Shown: one piece after another, positions 27,201-35,410 of the stretch
How the letters are laid out: each line of letters begins with the position of its first letter
Position numbering within the stretch: the first letter of the stretch is position 1
IMG/VR virus record: IMGVR_UViG_2838247499_000001
Location: 1-64,000 of that record
DNA length: 64,000 bases
Origin: a virus
Lineage: Duplodnaviria > Caudoviricetes
Reading direction: 5' to 3' (one strand)
The notes under the pieces: model-generated
What the model was told of the DNA's origin: nothing
What the model saw: the letters and a program-made list of their open reading frames with translations, nothing else
Database searches by the model: none
Position numbers and translations under genes: made by a program

Positions 27201-30200
27201 CGCTCTTGTCGCCGTTGTCGGCTTCCACCTTGAAGATGAAGTCGTAGTGCGCCGGCGAGGCGAAGTCCGAGGGCTTCAGCGTCTGCTGGGCCTCGGTGAA
27301 CAGGTCCGACAGCTCCTGGTAGGCCAGCTTGGTGTGGCCGGAGTTGTCCTTCAGCGCCGCTCGCACCGTGGCTTCCACCTGCTCGATGGCGAACGCTTCC
27401 TGGTCCGACACCGGCAGGTTGGCCAGGACCCGGCTGGCGAAGGGCGCCAGGCCGGTCTGCTGGGCCTTCAGCCAGGCTTCCCGGGGGGAAGTCGGGGCGT
27501 AGGGCTTCAGGGCCTCTGCGAACGCGCCAAACGGGCCGTGGAGCGCGTCGACGATGCCGGACAGGAGTTCGGACAGGTGCGCCTCGAATCGCGGCTCCAG
27601 GGGCCGATTCGCGTCGGCCAGGGCCTCATGGATCGCCTGGGTCGTGAACGCATCCACGGCAGCCATCGACCGGTTGATCGAGGCAGCCTCCGTCTGCTCC
27701 TGCGGATTCTGCAAGCCCTGGGTCTGAGCCACAGCCTGAACCAGGCCCGACACGTTGGCCACCAGGAGTGCGAGCCCCGTCTCCGCTTCGTGGAACAGCG
27801 GGTTGCCCACTGCCTTGCCCAGCAGGCCGGTCAGCGCCTTGATGAACTTCTGCAGCCCGTTGAGCAGGCGGTTGCCACCCGACTTCGACGGGGCATACAT
27901 GCTGGCCAGGATGTCACGCTGGAACGCTTCGTTGGTCATCCCCCAGGAGATGAACTCGTCCAGGTTCTCGGTGGCCGCGGCATAGCGGCCATCCTTGTCC
28001 ATCGCCTTGGCCTGCTCGCGCAAGGCCTCGAGCTCGTCGATGAGCTGCTTGGCAGCCGGGTCCGGCTGCTTGCTGGTGCGCTGCTCCCACAGGTAGCGAG
28101 CCAGGACACCGTGCAGCATCTCGTGCAGCACCGTCTCCGCGGTCAAGCCAGAGGCCTTGAAGGCCGGGCTCAGGAAGTTCACCTCGTGGCGACCCTGACC
28201 GGCCACGTACCAGCCACGCGACGGGGTCTGCGCCGGCGCGATCACCGCATCCACCGCGGTGTCAGGCTTGACCAGGCGGAACGCCAGGTCGTTGGGCAGG
28301 ACCCGGGCCACCAGGGCCAGTAGCTTCTGGTTGGCCGGCGACAGGCCGGCACCCTTCAGGTACGCCACCATCTCGGTGCCCGACTTGTCACCACCGTCCA
28401 GGAAGGCCACCAAGCCCGTGTCGCTGGCCACCGCCGACCGGCCCAGCTCACCGAACGGCGAGGTCTTCGGGGCAGGCACGGCAACAGGCGCAGCCTGGAT
28501 CGCCGGCGCCGGCTTGGCGAACACCGCCAGGTGCAGCAGCCCCAGGGCCTCCATGTGGGACGGGTCCATCATCTGCGGCACAGCGGCCAGCTTCTCGGCC
28601 GCGGCCTTGCGGTCAGCGTCGGTCACCTCGTAGCTGCCGCCGTCGAAGGCGTACTGGTCCACCACCGCCCACTGGCTCATGGCCTGCAGCTTGGTCGTGT
28701 CCGCCTGGCGGGCCAGGTCGAAGGCCTTGCCCATCGCGTCGGCCAGCACCTGCTCGGGAGACTGCTTCTTGGAAGCCAGCGCCTCGAACACCTGGCGCAA
28801 GTTGGCCACCGCGGCCGGGGTCAGCGTTCCGGCGTCCTGCATGGCGGCGATCCCGCTCACCACCCGAGCCAGCGCATCGTAGGCCGCGGTCATGGGCGAG
28901 TAGCCCAGCAGCGACTCCCAGGTGCTCTGGTTGAACGCCTGGGCGGTCTTGGCCAGCGTGCCGACTCCGTCACCCACGGCGTCGTGGATGTTCAGGATGT
29001 TGCGGCCCAGCTGGGTCAGGTGGGAGATCTTGCTGTCCAGCGAGTGCGTCGAGGCCGACACCGCCAGCACGCCGGGACCGGTCTGCTGCACGGCCTGGCC
29101 ACGGGCCGTCAGCTGCTTGGCGCCGTTGCCCAGGGGTTGGGCAAAGCCCACCGCCGTCTCGTAGGCAGGCGAGTCCACCGGGCCACGCTCGCGTCGAGCC
29201 AGCAGGATCCCGTGCGCCAGGTTGCCATCGTCCTGGCTCATGGCCGTGTGCATCACCGGCAGGATGCCGGCCAGCTTCTCTTTCAGCTGGGCTTCCTGCT
29301 CGGCCGACAGGTCGTGCAGCGGCACGCCGGCCTTGTTGCGCTCGATGCCCAGCTCGTCCATGAATTCACCGCGGGCCGCCTGGTACACCGCGTTGTAGAG
29401 CTCGTAGGCCAGGCTGGTCGTGGTCGTCAGCGCCTTGCGCTTCTCGATGAAGGGGGCAAACGCCTTCTCCACCACGCTCGCCGTGGCCTCACCCATCGTG
29501 TCACCGTAGGCCTTGCGCAGCGCCTTGAGCTGTCGATCCGACAGTACCCGGGCGTCCATGTACTTGGCGATCGGCTGGCCCACTTTCAGGGTCGGCGCAC
29601 CACCGTGCTGCAGCAGCGTGTTCAGGTTGGCGATGAAGTCGTCGACCCTCTCCTGGCTGGCTTGCTTGACCGAGAACTGCTCGAGCTGGGCGTAGACCCC
29701 CTCGATGAAGGTCTGGGCCATGCCGCGGCGGATGCTCTTGAAGCCAGAACCGAAGTTCAGCGGGTTCAGCGCACCCTTGACCAGGTCACGCCCGGCCTTC
29801 GTCACCACACCAGCGTCGTCGGCCACCCGGCCGGCCACGTTCCAGATCGCCGAGATCACGCCGGCAGGGACCTTGCCCTCGCCCAGCATGCCGCGCATAC
29901 GACGGTCGATGTCCTTGGCGGTGTGCTCGTAGATGTCCGCGTTGCCCGCGGTGCCACGCCAGATGTTGTACTGGCGGAACTCGCTGTCCTCGGTGAAGAA
30001 GCCGCCGCGCTCGAGCAGCGCCTGCAGGTCTTCCACCGTCTCGCCGGCGCCGTAGAGCACGTGGTTCAGCATCGTGCCGTTGGCTACGCCGTCCACCTCA
30101 CCCATCAGGTCGGTGGTGAATTCCTTGGCACCGGTGGCCAGCGCCTGCTGGTAGTGCGCCCAAGCGATCAGCGCCGCCAGGGTGTGCAGCTTCTCCTTGC

Positions 30201-33200
30201 CGGCCAGCACCGCATTGACGATCGCGCGCTGCTGCTTGGCGTCCAGCTCGGTGGCGCCGTACAGGGCTTGCTGCAGGGCCTGCACGCCGGCGACGAACAC
30301 CGGCTCCTGGAGCTGGGCTTCGACCGCGGCCACCGACTTCTGGCTGGCACCCTTCTCGGTCTTGATGCCCAGGCCCTCGGCCACGCGCAGCTTGAAACCA
30401 GTCAGCAAGGGACCGCCCTCGACCGGCACCGTGGTCTTCCAGTCCGGATGCACGGTCAGCCAGCGGTGGATCTTGCTGGTCTGCGGGTTCACGGCCGTCG
30501 TCTCGATGCCGACCCGCTGCTGCTTCCACATGTTGTACGTGAGGAAGAAGGGCTGCTCGACACCACCGTTCGGCACCAGGACCTCGCTCACGAAGTCCAT
30601 GAAGCTCTTGAACTCGCGGCGGTAGCCATCGTTCTTGGCTTCCTTGCCCTTGCGGTTCACGCCGTGCGTGTTCTCCGCGGTGACTTCCACCACACCGGCC
30701 ATCTCCAGGGCCATCTCCTCGGTGAGGGCGCTCAGCACCTTCATCGGGTCCTTGGCCACCACTCGACCGTTGTCGGTCTGGTTCTGCTTGATGACCTTGC
30801 GGATCAGGTCCGGCACACCCATGTCGGTGTCCGACTTCTGCTGCACCTGCTTGACGGGCTCGACGCTCGGCAGCTTGGCGGCCGACTCGATGCCGAACAG
30901 GCTGCCGATGATGTTCTGCGAACCCTTCAGGGTGTCGGCGATCTCCTTGGCCTGGCCGGTCAGCTGGCGCTGCCCGTCCCGGGCCAAGCGGAAGAAGTGG
31001 TGGGGCTGCTTGTTGGCCAGCGCCGGGGGGTTGTCCACACCCTCGTAGCGCAGGTCATGGATCAGCTGGGCGTCGATGTCCGTGCGGATCACGATGCCCT
31101 GGTCCTCCAGCAGCTTCAGCGCATGGGCACCCAGCGACACCCGCAGCTTGGCGATCATGTCCTGGGGAGCGTCCTTGCGCGCCTTCAGGCCCAGGGCGTC
31201 GAGCACCCGCGAGCCAAGGGAGTCCACCAGCATCGACTGGTAGCTGCCCACCTGGCCCAGCGTCTCACGCGCCAGCTGCGACACCACATCGTCTTCGCTG
31301 TGACCCAGGATGCTGTTGATGTCGGCATCCAGGTTCACATCCAGCCGGCCGGCCTGGTCACCGATCCAGGCGAACACCGCCGCGGTGATGCCGGTCTTGA
31401 CGTTCTCCTCGACGTCGCCGTCGACGATCAGGTAGCGGATCGGGTCCTCGAAGTTGAACGCCTCGTTGTGCGAGGGCTTCAGGTTCTTCTGGATCTCGCC
31501 GGCCCAGGCCTTGGCCTTGAGGGCGAACATGCGCAGCGCGCTCTGTTGCTCCTCGGTCAGGCCGTCCTTGTCCTTCAGGTACTCGCGCAGCTGGATGGCC
31601 TTGGCCGCCCACTTGCTCATGAAGTCCTTGACCGCCACCAGCGGACGGAGGGACCCGTCCTTGATGGATCCCTTCACCTGGGTGAAGAAGTCCCCGAACT
31701 TCTTGGTCCGGTGCGTCGCACCTTCGCCAGCGCTGTCGCGCGTGGCTCGGAGCTCACCCGACTCCACAGTCTGAGCTTGAGCTTCAGTCGACTGAGATTC
31801 AGCCTGCAGAGCACTCTGCTCAGAGTTCGTGACAGACTCCGCGAGATCAGCTTTGCTAACCTCGACTGGGGCTGCAGGCGCATCCTGCGCTGCAGAGAGG
31901 CTGGTATCCTTCGGATTAGACTGGTTTTGACCCTCAGCTCGACTGTCAACTGCAGTCGACTCAGGGGACTGAGACACAGTGTTCTCAGTCTCCACAGTAG
32001 AGCCGGAGGCTACTACAGCAGCCCCGGCCTCGGACTTCAGCCCAGCGGACTCCACCGCGTTCGAAGCTCCGGCAGCGGCAGGTCCAGCATCTTGGACTGC
32101 AGCACCGCCTGCTCCATCTTTTGCCGGCGCTCGTTGCGCTGCTTGACCTTGAGTGCCCGCTCCTGCAGCGGAACCTTGCGGTGCGTTCTGGACATTCGTC
32201 CCTCCAGTGGTGGTAGTGGTCTTCGGTTGAGAGAACTTCAGGTCGTAGCCAGCCTTGAGCTCGGCCAGCGCCTTGTTGATCGCCTCGGCTTCCCGGGGCA
32301 GCTGCGTCAGCCACTTGTCCGTGCTGATCGTCAGGCCGCCGTTCTGGGCCATCTGCTTGTCCGACAGGCGGGGGCCGTTGTTCACGACCCACTCGCCGGC
32401 CTTGGTGCGGACGATCTGGCCGCCCACATCCGCGTCTTCCGCGGCACGGGCCTTGGCCTGGTGGTCGGCGGCGAACTTGGCCAGCAGGGCGAGCACCCGG
32501 CCGGCTTCCTTCTGGTCTCCGGAAGCCAGGGCAGCAGCCACCCGCGTGCGGTACTGGTCGATGCCCTGGTAGCCCTTGCCGCCCACGTAGATCTCGGCCT
32601 CGACGCCACCCAGGGTCTTGGCGCGGTTCTCGGCCACCCGGGAATCGGCGAAGGCACGCAGGTAGTTGCGCTGCTCGTCCGTCAGGGCGTTGGTCGCGTT
32701 GTCGGCCAGGCTCAGGGCCTGCTGCGGATCCAGGCGGCCAGGGCTGGCCATGGACAGCGTGATGAGGGCATCGGCCGCATCCCGGGCTGCCTTGGTCGCC
32801 ACGGCATCGTCCGGCGTCACCGTCGCGGTGACCTTCTCGATGTGCGACTGCACCTCGGCGGCCGGGCTCGCCACGACGCCCAGCTGGTCATAGGCCGACT
32901 TCGCCTTGGCCAGCTTCTCGTCCATCCTGGCCACCCGGGCCTGCATCTCGGCCAGGACCTTGGCTTCGGGCTGGTTGTCCAGGCTCTCCTGCAGCCCTTG
33001 AATCAGGTCCAGCGTCGAGCTGTGCGCCGGCGTGCCCGGTTGCAGGATGGCCAGCTGTTGCTGGGCGCTCTGCAGCTGCTGCTTCTGGTCAGTCAGCACC
33101 TCGGGCGACACGGCATCCAGGACCTCCTGGGCCTTGTCGCGGCTGGCTTGCAGCTCGCTGACCACCTTCTGGGCCTTGGCCAGGTTGGCCTGCTTCTGCG

Positions 33201-34593
33201 CCGGCGTGGTGGTCTCCTGCTTGGCATGAGCCAGCAGTGCGATCACGGCGTCGTCCGGGGCATAGCCCTGCTTCTTCGGGTCGATCAGCGCGTCGACGTT
33301 GCCCGTCTGGGCAGCATCAGCCACCACCTTGGCCGCAGCTTGCTTCTCCTCCCGAACCTGGGCCTGCTCAGGCGTGGCGCCGGTGGCTTCAGCCACAAGG
33401 CGTCCGCCGCCAGACAGGCCAGCACCTGCAATGCCACCGATCGCCGCACCGGCGTAGATGTCCTTGGCCGAGGCCGGCTTGCCCGTGACCTCACCTTCCA
33501 TGTACGTCTGGAAGCCTTCGGTCGGCGCCTCGGTCAGCAGGCCTTCACCGGCTGCCTTGCCGGCGTTCTTGAGCGACTGCTTGAAGCCAGCAGTGACAGC
33601 GTCCTTGCCCTTGCCTGCGAAGGCGAGAGCGGCCGTGTCGCCTGCGTGCTCGGCGATGGCCAGGGACGCGGCTTGCAGCGCCATCTTCTGGCGCACATCC
33701 TCGGGTGGCAGCTCGCCGCCGTGCTGCGCCTGGTAGTTCTGGATGCCCTGGTTGTAGTTGTCCAGGGCATAGCCGACGTTCGAAGCACCCAGAGCCACCT
33801 TGCCCGCCTTGCCAGCCACACCACCCACCGCCAGCTGCGGCAGGTTCTGCACGACGTACTCGAGCGAAGCCTGCGGATTCCCCGCGGCGACAGCACCGGC
33901 GTTGTAGATCAGCTTGGCCAGGCCGGCCGTGACGTTGGCCACCCCACCTTCCTTGACCTGGCTCCATGCCGGGTCGAAGCCAGCGCCCAGCTCCTCGTTG
34001 AAGGCCGTCTGCTTGGACTGCAGCACCGTGTCCTTGTAATCGGTGGACTCGACGATGTTGCGGGCCGATTCCCGCTTGACGTTCATGTCCTTCCAGATCG
34101 ACAGCGGCGTCGGCGCGTTCGGGTTCTGATCGGTCATGGCCTGCGCACGGGCCTGCACCTGCGCGCGCATCTCCGGATCGGTGATACCGCCCGGGATGAC
34201 CACCGGAGGCGCAACCTTGCGGTTGATCTGTGCCATGTCGGCCGGCGACGCCTGGCCCTTGTGGAAGCGATCCAGTGCAGCCAGGTCCTGCTCGGTCAGG
34301 TTGGCCTGGTCGGCCGCGGCGATCGTGCCGGGAATCAGGCTGGCCAGCTGGCCGGCCAAAGTGCCCAGGCCCTGGTATGCGCTGGCGCCCAGGTTCACCG
34401 CCCGGCCGAGAATGTTGTCCTCGTTCAGGCCGAGTTTCCGGACCCAGGAATCCTGATCGTTCACCACCGGCGTTGCCGGGGTTTGCGGAGCCAGCTCGGC
34501 CTTTTTCTGTTCCGATGCCGCGGCGAGATTCAGCCGTTTCTGCTCAGCCTCCAGACGGGCATTGAGAAGGGCATCGAGATCGAATGGGGACAT
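24199..34593 (-). CDS. virion-encapsidated RNA polymerase (N4 gp50-like)
   Basis: ~3464 aa, no Cys noticed on reading, T7-family motifs DGVANG (A), R.3K.7FG (B), IHDA (C); start MSPFD. Confidence 0.96.
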   Translation of the reverse strand: MSPFDLDALLNARLEAEQKRLNLAAASEQKKAELAPQTPATPVVNDQDSWVRKLGLNEDNILGRAVNLGASAYQGLGTLAGQLASLIPGTIAAADQANLTEQDLAALDRFHKGQASPADMAQINRKVAPPVVIPGGITDPEMRAQVQARAQAMTDQNPNAPTPLSIWKDMNVKRESARNIVESTDYKDTVLQSKQTAFNEELGAGFDPAWSQVKEGGVANVTAGLAKLIYNAGAVAAGNPQASLEYVVQNLPQLAVGGVAGKAGKVALGASNVGYALDNYNQGIQNYQAQHGGELPPEDVRQKMALQAASLAIAEHAGDTAALAFAGKGKDAVTAGFKQSLKNAGKAAGEGLLTEAPTEGFQTYMEGEVTGKPASAKDIYAGAAIGGIAGAGLSGGGRLVAEATGATPEQAQVREEKQAAAKVVADAAQTGNVDALIDPKKQGYAPDDAVIALLAHAKQETTTPAQKQANLAKAQKVVSELQASRDKAQEVLDAVSPEVLTDQKQQLQSAQQQLAILQPGTPAHSSTLDLIQGLQESLDNQPEAKVLAEMQARVARMDEKLAKAKSAYDQLGVVASPAAEVQSHIEKVTATVTPDDAVATKAARDAADALITLSMASPGRLDPQQALSLADNATNALTDEQRNYLRAFADSRVAENRAKTLGGVEAEIYVGGKGYQGIDQYRTRVAAALASGDQKEAGRVLALLAKFAADHQAKARAAEDADVGGQIVRTKAGEWVVNNGPRLSDKQMAQNGGLTISTDKWLTQLPREAEAINKALAELKAGYDLKFSQPKTTTTTGGTNVQNAPQGSAAGAGTQGQAAQRAPAKDGAGGAAVQDAGPAAAGASNAVESAGLKSEAGAAVVASGSTVETENTVSQSPESTAVDSRAEGQNQSNPKDTSLSAAQDAPAAPVEVSKADLAESVTNSEQSALQAESQSTEAQAQTVESGELRATRDSAGEGATHRTKKFGDFFTQVKGSIKDGSLRPLVAVKDFMSKWAAKAIQLREYLKDKDGLTEEQQSALRMFALKAKAWAGEIQKNLKPSHNEAFNFEDPIRYLIVDGDVEENVKTGITAAVFAWIGDQAGRLDVNLDADINSILGHSEDDVVSQLARETLGQVGSYQSMLVDSLGSRVLDALGLKARKDAPQDMIAKLRVSLGAHALKLLEDQGIVIRTDIDAQLIHDLRYEGVDNPPALANKQPHHFFRLARDGQRQLTGQAKEIADTLKGSQNIIGSLFGIESAAKLPSVEPVKQVQQKSDTDMGVPDLIRKVIKQNQTDNGRVVAKDPMKVLSALTEEMALEMAGVVEVTAENTHGVNRKGKEAKNDGYRREFKSFMDFVSEVLVPNGGVEQPFFLTYNMWKQQRVGIETTAVNPQTSKIHRWLTVHPDWKTTVPVEGGPLLTGFKLRVAEGLGIKTEKGASQKSVAAVEAQLQEPVFVAGVQALQQALYGATELDAKQQRAIVNAVLAGKEKLHTLAALIAWAHYQQALATGAKEFTTDLMGEVDGVANGTMLNHVLYGAGETVEDLQALLERGGFFTEDSEFRQYNIWRGTAGNADIYEHTAKDIDRRMRGMLGEGKVPAGVISAIWNVAGRVADDAGVVTKAGRDLVKGALNPLNFGSGFKSIRRGMAQTFIEGVYAQLEQFSVKQASQERVDDFIANLNTLLQHGGAPTLKVGQPIAKYMDARVLSDRQLKALRKAYGDTMGEATASVVEKAFAPFIEKRKALTTTTSLAYELYNAVYQAARGEFMDELGIERNKAGVPLHDLSAEQEAQLKEKLAGILPVMHTAMSQDDGNLAHGILLARRERGPVDSPAYETAVGFAQPLGNGAKQLTARGQAVQQTGPGVLAVSASTHSLDSKISHLTQLGRNILNIHDAVGDGVGTLAKTAQAFNQSTWESLLGYSPMTAAYDALARVVSGIAAMQDAGTLTPAAVANLRQVFEALASKKQSPEQVLADAMGKAFDLARQADTTKLQAMSQWAVVDQYAFDGGSYEVTDADRKAAAEKLAAVPQMMDPSHMEALGLLHLAVFAKPAPAIQAAPVAVPAPKTSPFGELGRSAVASDTGLVAFLDGGDKSGTEMVAYLKGAGLSPANQKLLALVARVLPNDLAFRLVKPDTAVDAVIAPAQTPSRGWYVAGQGRHEVNFLSPAFKASGLTAETVLHEMLHGVLARYLWEQRTSKQPDPAAKQLIDELEALREQAKAMDKDGRYAAATENLDEFISWGMTNEAFQRDILASMYAPSKSGGNRLLNGLQKFIKALTGLLGKAVGNPLFHEAETGLALLVANVSGLVQAVAQTQGLQNPQEQTEAASINRSMAAVDAFTTQAIHEALADANRPLEPRFEAHLSELLSGIVDALHGPFGAFAEALKPYAPTSPREAWLKAQQTGLAPFASRVLANLPVSDQEAFAIEQVEATVRAALKDNSGHTKLAYQELSDLFTEAQQTLKPSDFASPAHYDFIFKVEADNGDKSEYLARFAALALAHQGVNKLLQVPSKDRRTVSEGKTFADKVQIVFENILAFFARMATHTYDGQNLDEKLQTLVGQLVDIEAKNREAIKDGKARVNYLEPLENAVTKASEATMKKVEQVAGSDFFRKSKSGIVKGSAAVVRTVAGHRQQQFYDALQQFRDRTMNERGGILSSLLREVAGVKEWAEKSLRLVKHREAQRKSLISNSAKFALESFVNEGKDLSSEAKASVTRVFMRTGLHNLLDHFGFNEMEQLLTSQPALDQAIAQFEARLPARLRRLYVEQARILGHFKATGQVKGFLMPNAHVIARMLDTRYEAHASAVAEEHEDSIKVLASLFALKSTDVADKTRAAAVLSAETARQDGGNGVDFLLRTLKKLEADALERLFGGNPVLMQHGYTPEIFNPHTAFEVAGEERGKDLLAQGFSEGAKVQDDLHDPVSQKQRIYVRRGAARARWDSGIMSLTDTAAKGSQLHNGFLHTGFDDGRRNAQRQAAVTAGKLSLLDRRLDPHRDLELDRTHHMAPVYNEHGKVVNWRHLMEEQTKDDILQRNNDFDAVLGTLAGSVFDKQTTPAQNSEAVQALKAQFDADRDVNRQKGYFLVGVDSTDPQLKEIWRLLPEKTKQEVNRVWGFKGMYVHNDMLDVMFGYRAASAAEFLRKDKDTLKGVQAIVRGWFDLYARSQGMDDREADNYAKKLGWYLARGEEAWKEIVKETKDIIVVKSGVVLIDNVLSNFTQLALSGVPLRDFVRHHLVAMRGAVAFERDSNELQRLQQMLDTGYLPAGNGTRSDIERQVARLKDALARNPVKELMEAGLMPTIVEDVAQENDPYSYKTEWARRTERFTKALNPGVVAAAKQVYMTHDTKTYQAMSRMTRLSDFMARYALYQHLVTKKDPMTKEQALQRASETFINYDVPMHRGMQYLDNMGLFMFTKYFLRIQRVLTRTMRENPGRVLGLMALDHYMSIGPNVLDGSFLHHLGNNPWSWGALQYPGALDRLATVSVPMSLIK
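32037..32195 (-). CDS. candidate overprinted 52-aa basic protein within vRNAP (+1 frame)
   Basis: GGAGG SD 5 nt before ATG; 45/52 codons end in G/C while vRNAP-frame codons here are atypically A/T-ending. Confidence 0.55.
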   Translation of the reverse strand: MSRTHRKVPLQERALKVKQRNERRQKMEQAVLQSKMLDLPLPELRTRWSPLG

Positions 34594-34654
34594 AGGTATT
34601 CCGGAGGGCTCGGGTAATTGGGGACAGAGTGTACCCAATACCCGCCCCGGAATA

Positions 34655-35410
34655 TCAGCGCCCGTACTCTTGCATTCTCCGGAAACTCTCCGGATTCACC
34701 GGTTTCGGGTCTGCCCACAAACCCCTCTTGGCGGCCCGCGCTTCATTTTCCGCAGCCACCAGGTCGGGGTTGTTCACATACCGGCGATACAGCCAGGCCA
34801 TGCCGTCCTTGATCATCGCCTTGTCGATGTTGGCGCCGGAGATCTCGATCTGGCACAGCGACCGGTCGTAGTTCTTGCCCGCCACGGCCGGCCGGGAGAT
34901 CTTCAGGGTGACCTCCTTGTTGAGCACCATCTCCTCCAGCCGGCGCTTGCTCTCCTCCCCGAACGGCTGGCCGGCCTTGCCCACCTTGGAGTGGGCCACT
35001 TCCGGCGCGTCGATCGAGTCGATGCGGCAGTTCACCGTGGAGCCGTCGCCCCGCTTGGCGCTCAGGCTGTCGCCGTCGCCCACGTAGGTGATGACGGCCT
35101 TCTCCCCACCGGCGCTGGAGGGCTTGCCCTGCACCGCGGTCACCGGCTGCTGCCACTGCACATCCTTCGGGATTGCCACAGGCTTGCTGGCTTCCGTGGT
35201 CGTGCCGCTGCCCACGTTCAGTGCCACGTGATCGGTCGCCGGCTTGGCCTGGGCAGAGCTCGGGCTCGAACCAGGAACAGCAGCAGGCTTGGGCGCCTCG
35301 AAGGCACCCAGCGACTTGGCTGGTTGCGGCGACTTGCCCAGCCCGTCCATCGGCAGTGACCCCGCCCCACCAGCTGCCGGAGCAGCTGGCGTGGACGTCG
35401 GGGAGGTCAC
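34655..35410 (-). CDS. staphylococcal nuclease (thermonuclease) domain, probably a frameshift extension of the upstream protein
   Basis: DGDS, RIDSIDAPE, GMAW, ARAAKRGLW; ~90-aa P/A/S linker; GTG start without SD. Confidence 0.85.
   Translation of the reverse strand: MTSPTSTPAAPAAGGAGSLPMDGLGKSPQPAKSLGAFEAPKPAAVPGSSPSSAQAKPATDHVALNVGSGTTTEASKPVAIPKDVQWQQPVTAVQGKPSSAGGEKAVITYVGDGDSLSAKRGDGSTVNCRIDSIDAPEVAHSKVGKAGQPFGEESKRRLEEMVLNKEVTLKISRPAVAGKNYDRSLCQIEISGANIDKAMIKDGMAWLYRRYVNNPDLVAAENEARAAKRGLWADPKPVNPESFRRMQEYGR

Noticed and set aside
24151-34617. Very long + strand ORFs (1390 aa and 2028 aa) opposite vRNAP, and similar shadows opposite nrdJ, tail spike, capsid and terminase
   Set aside because: Antisense shadows expected from high GC3 codon bias; no SD or recognisable motifs
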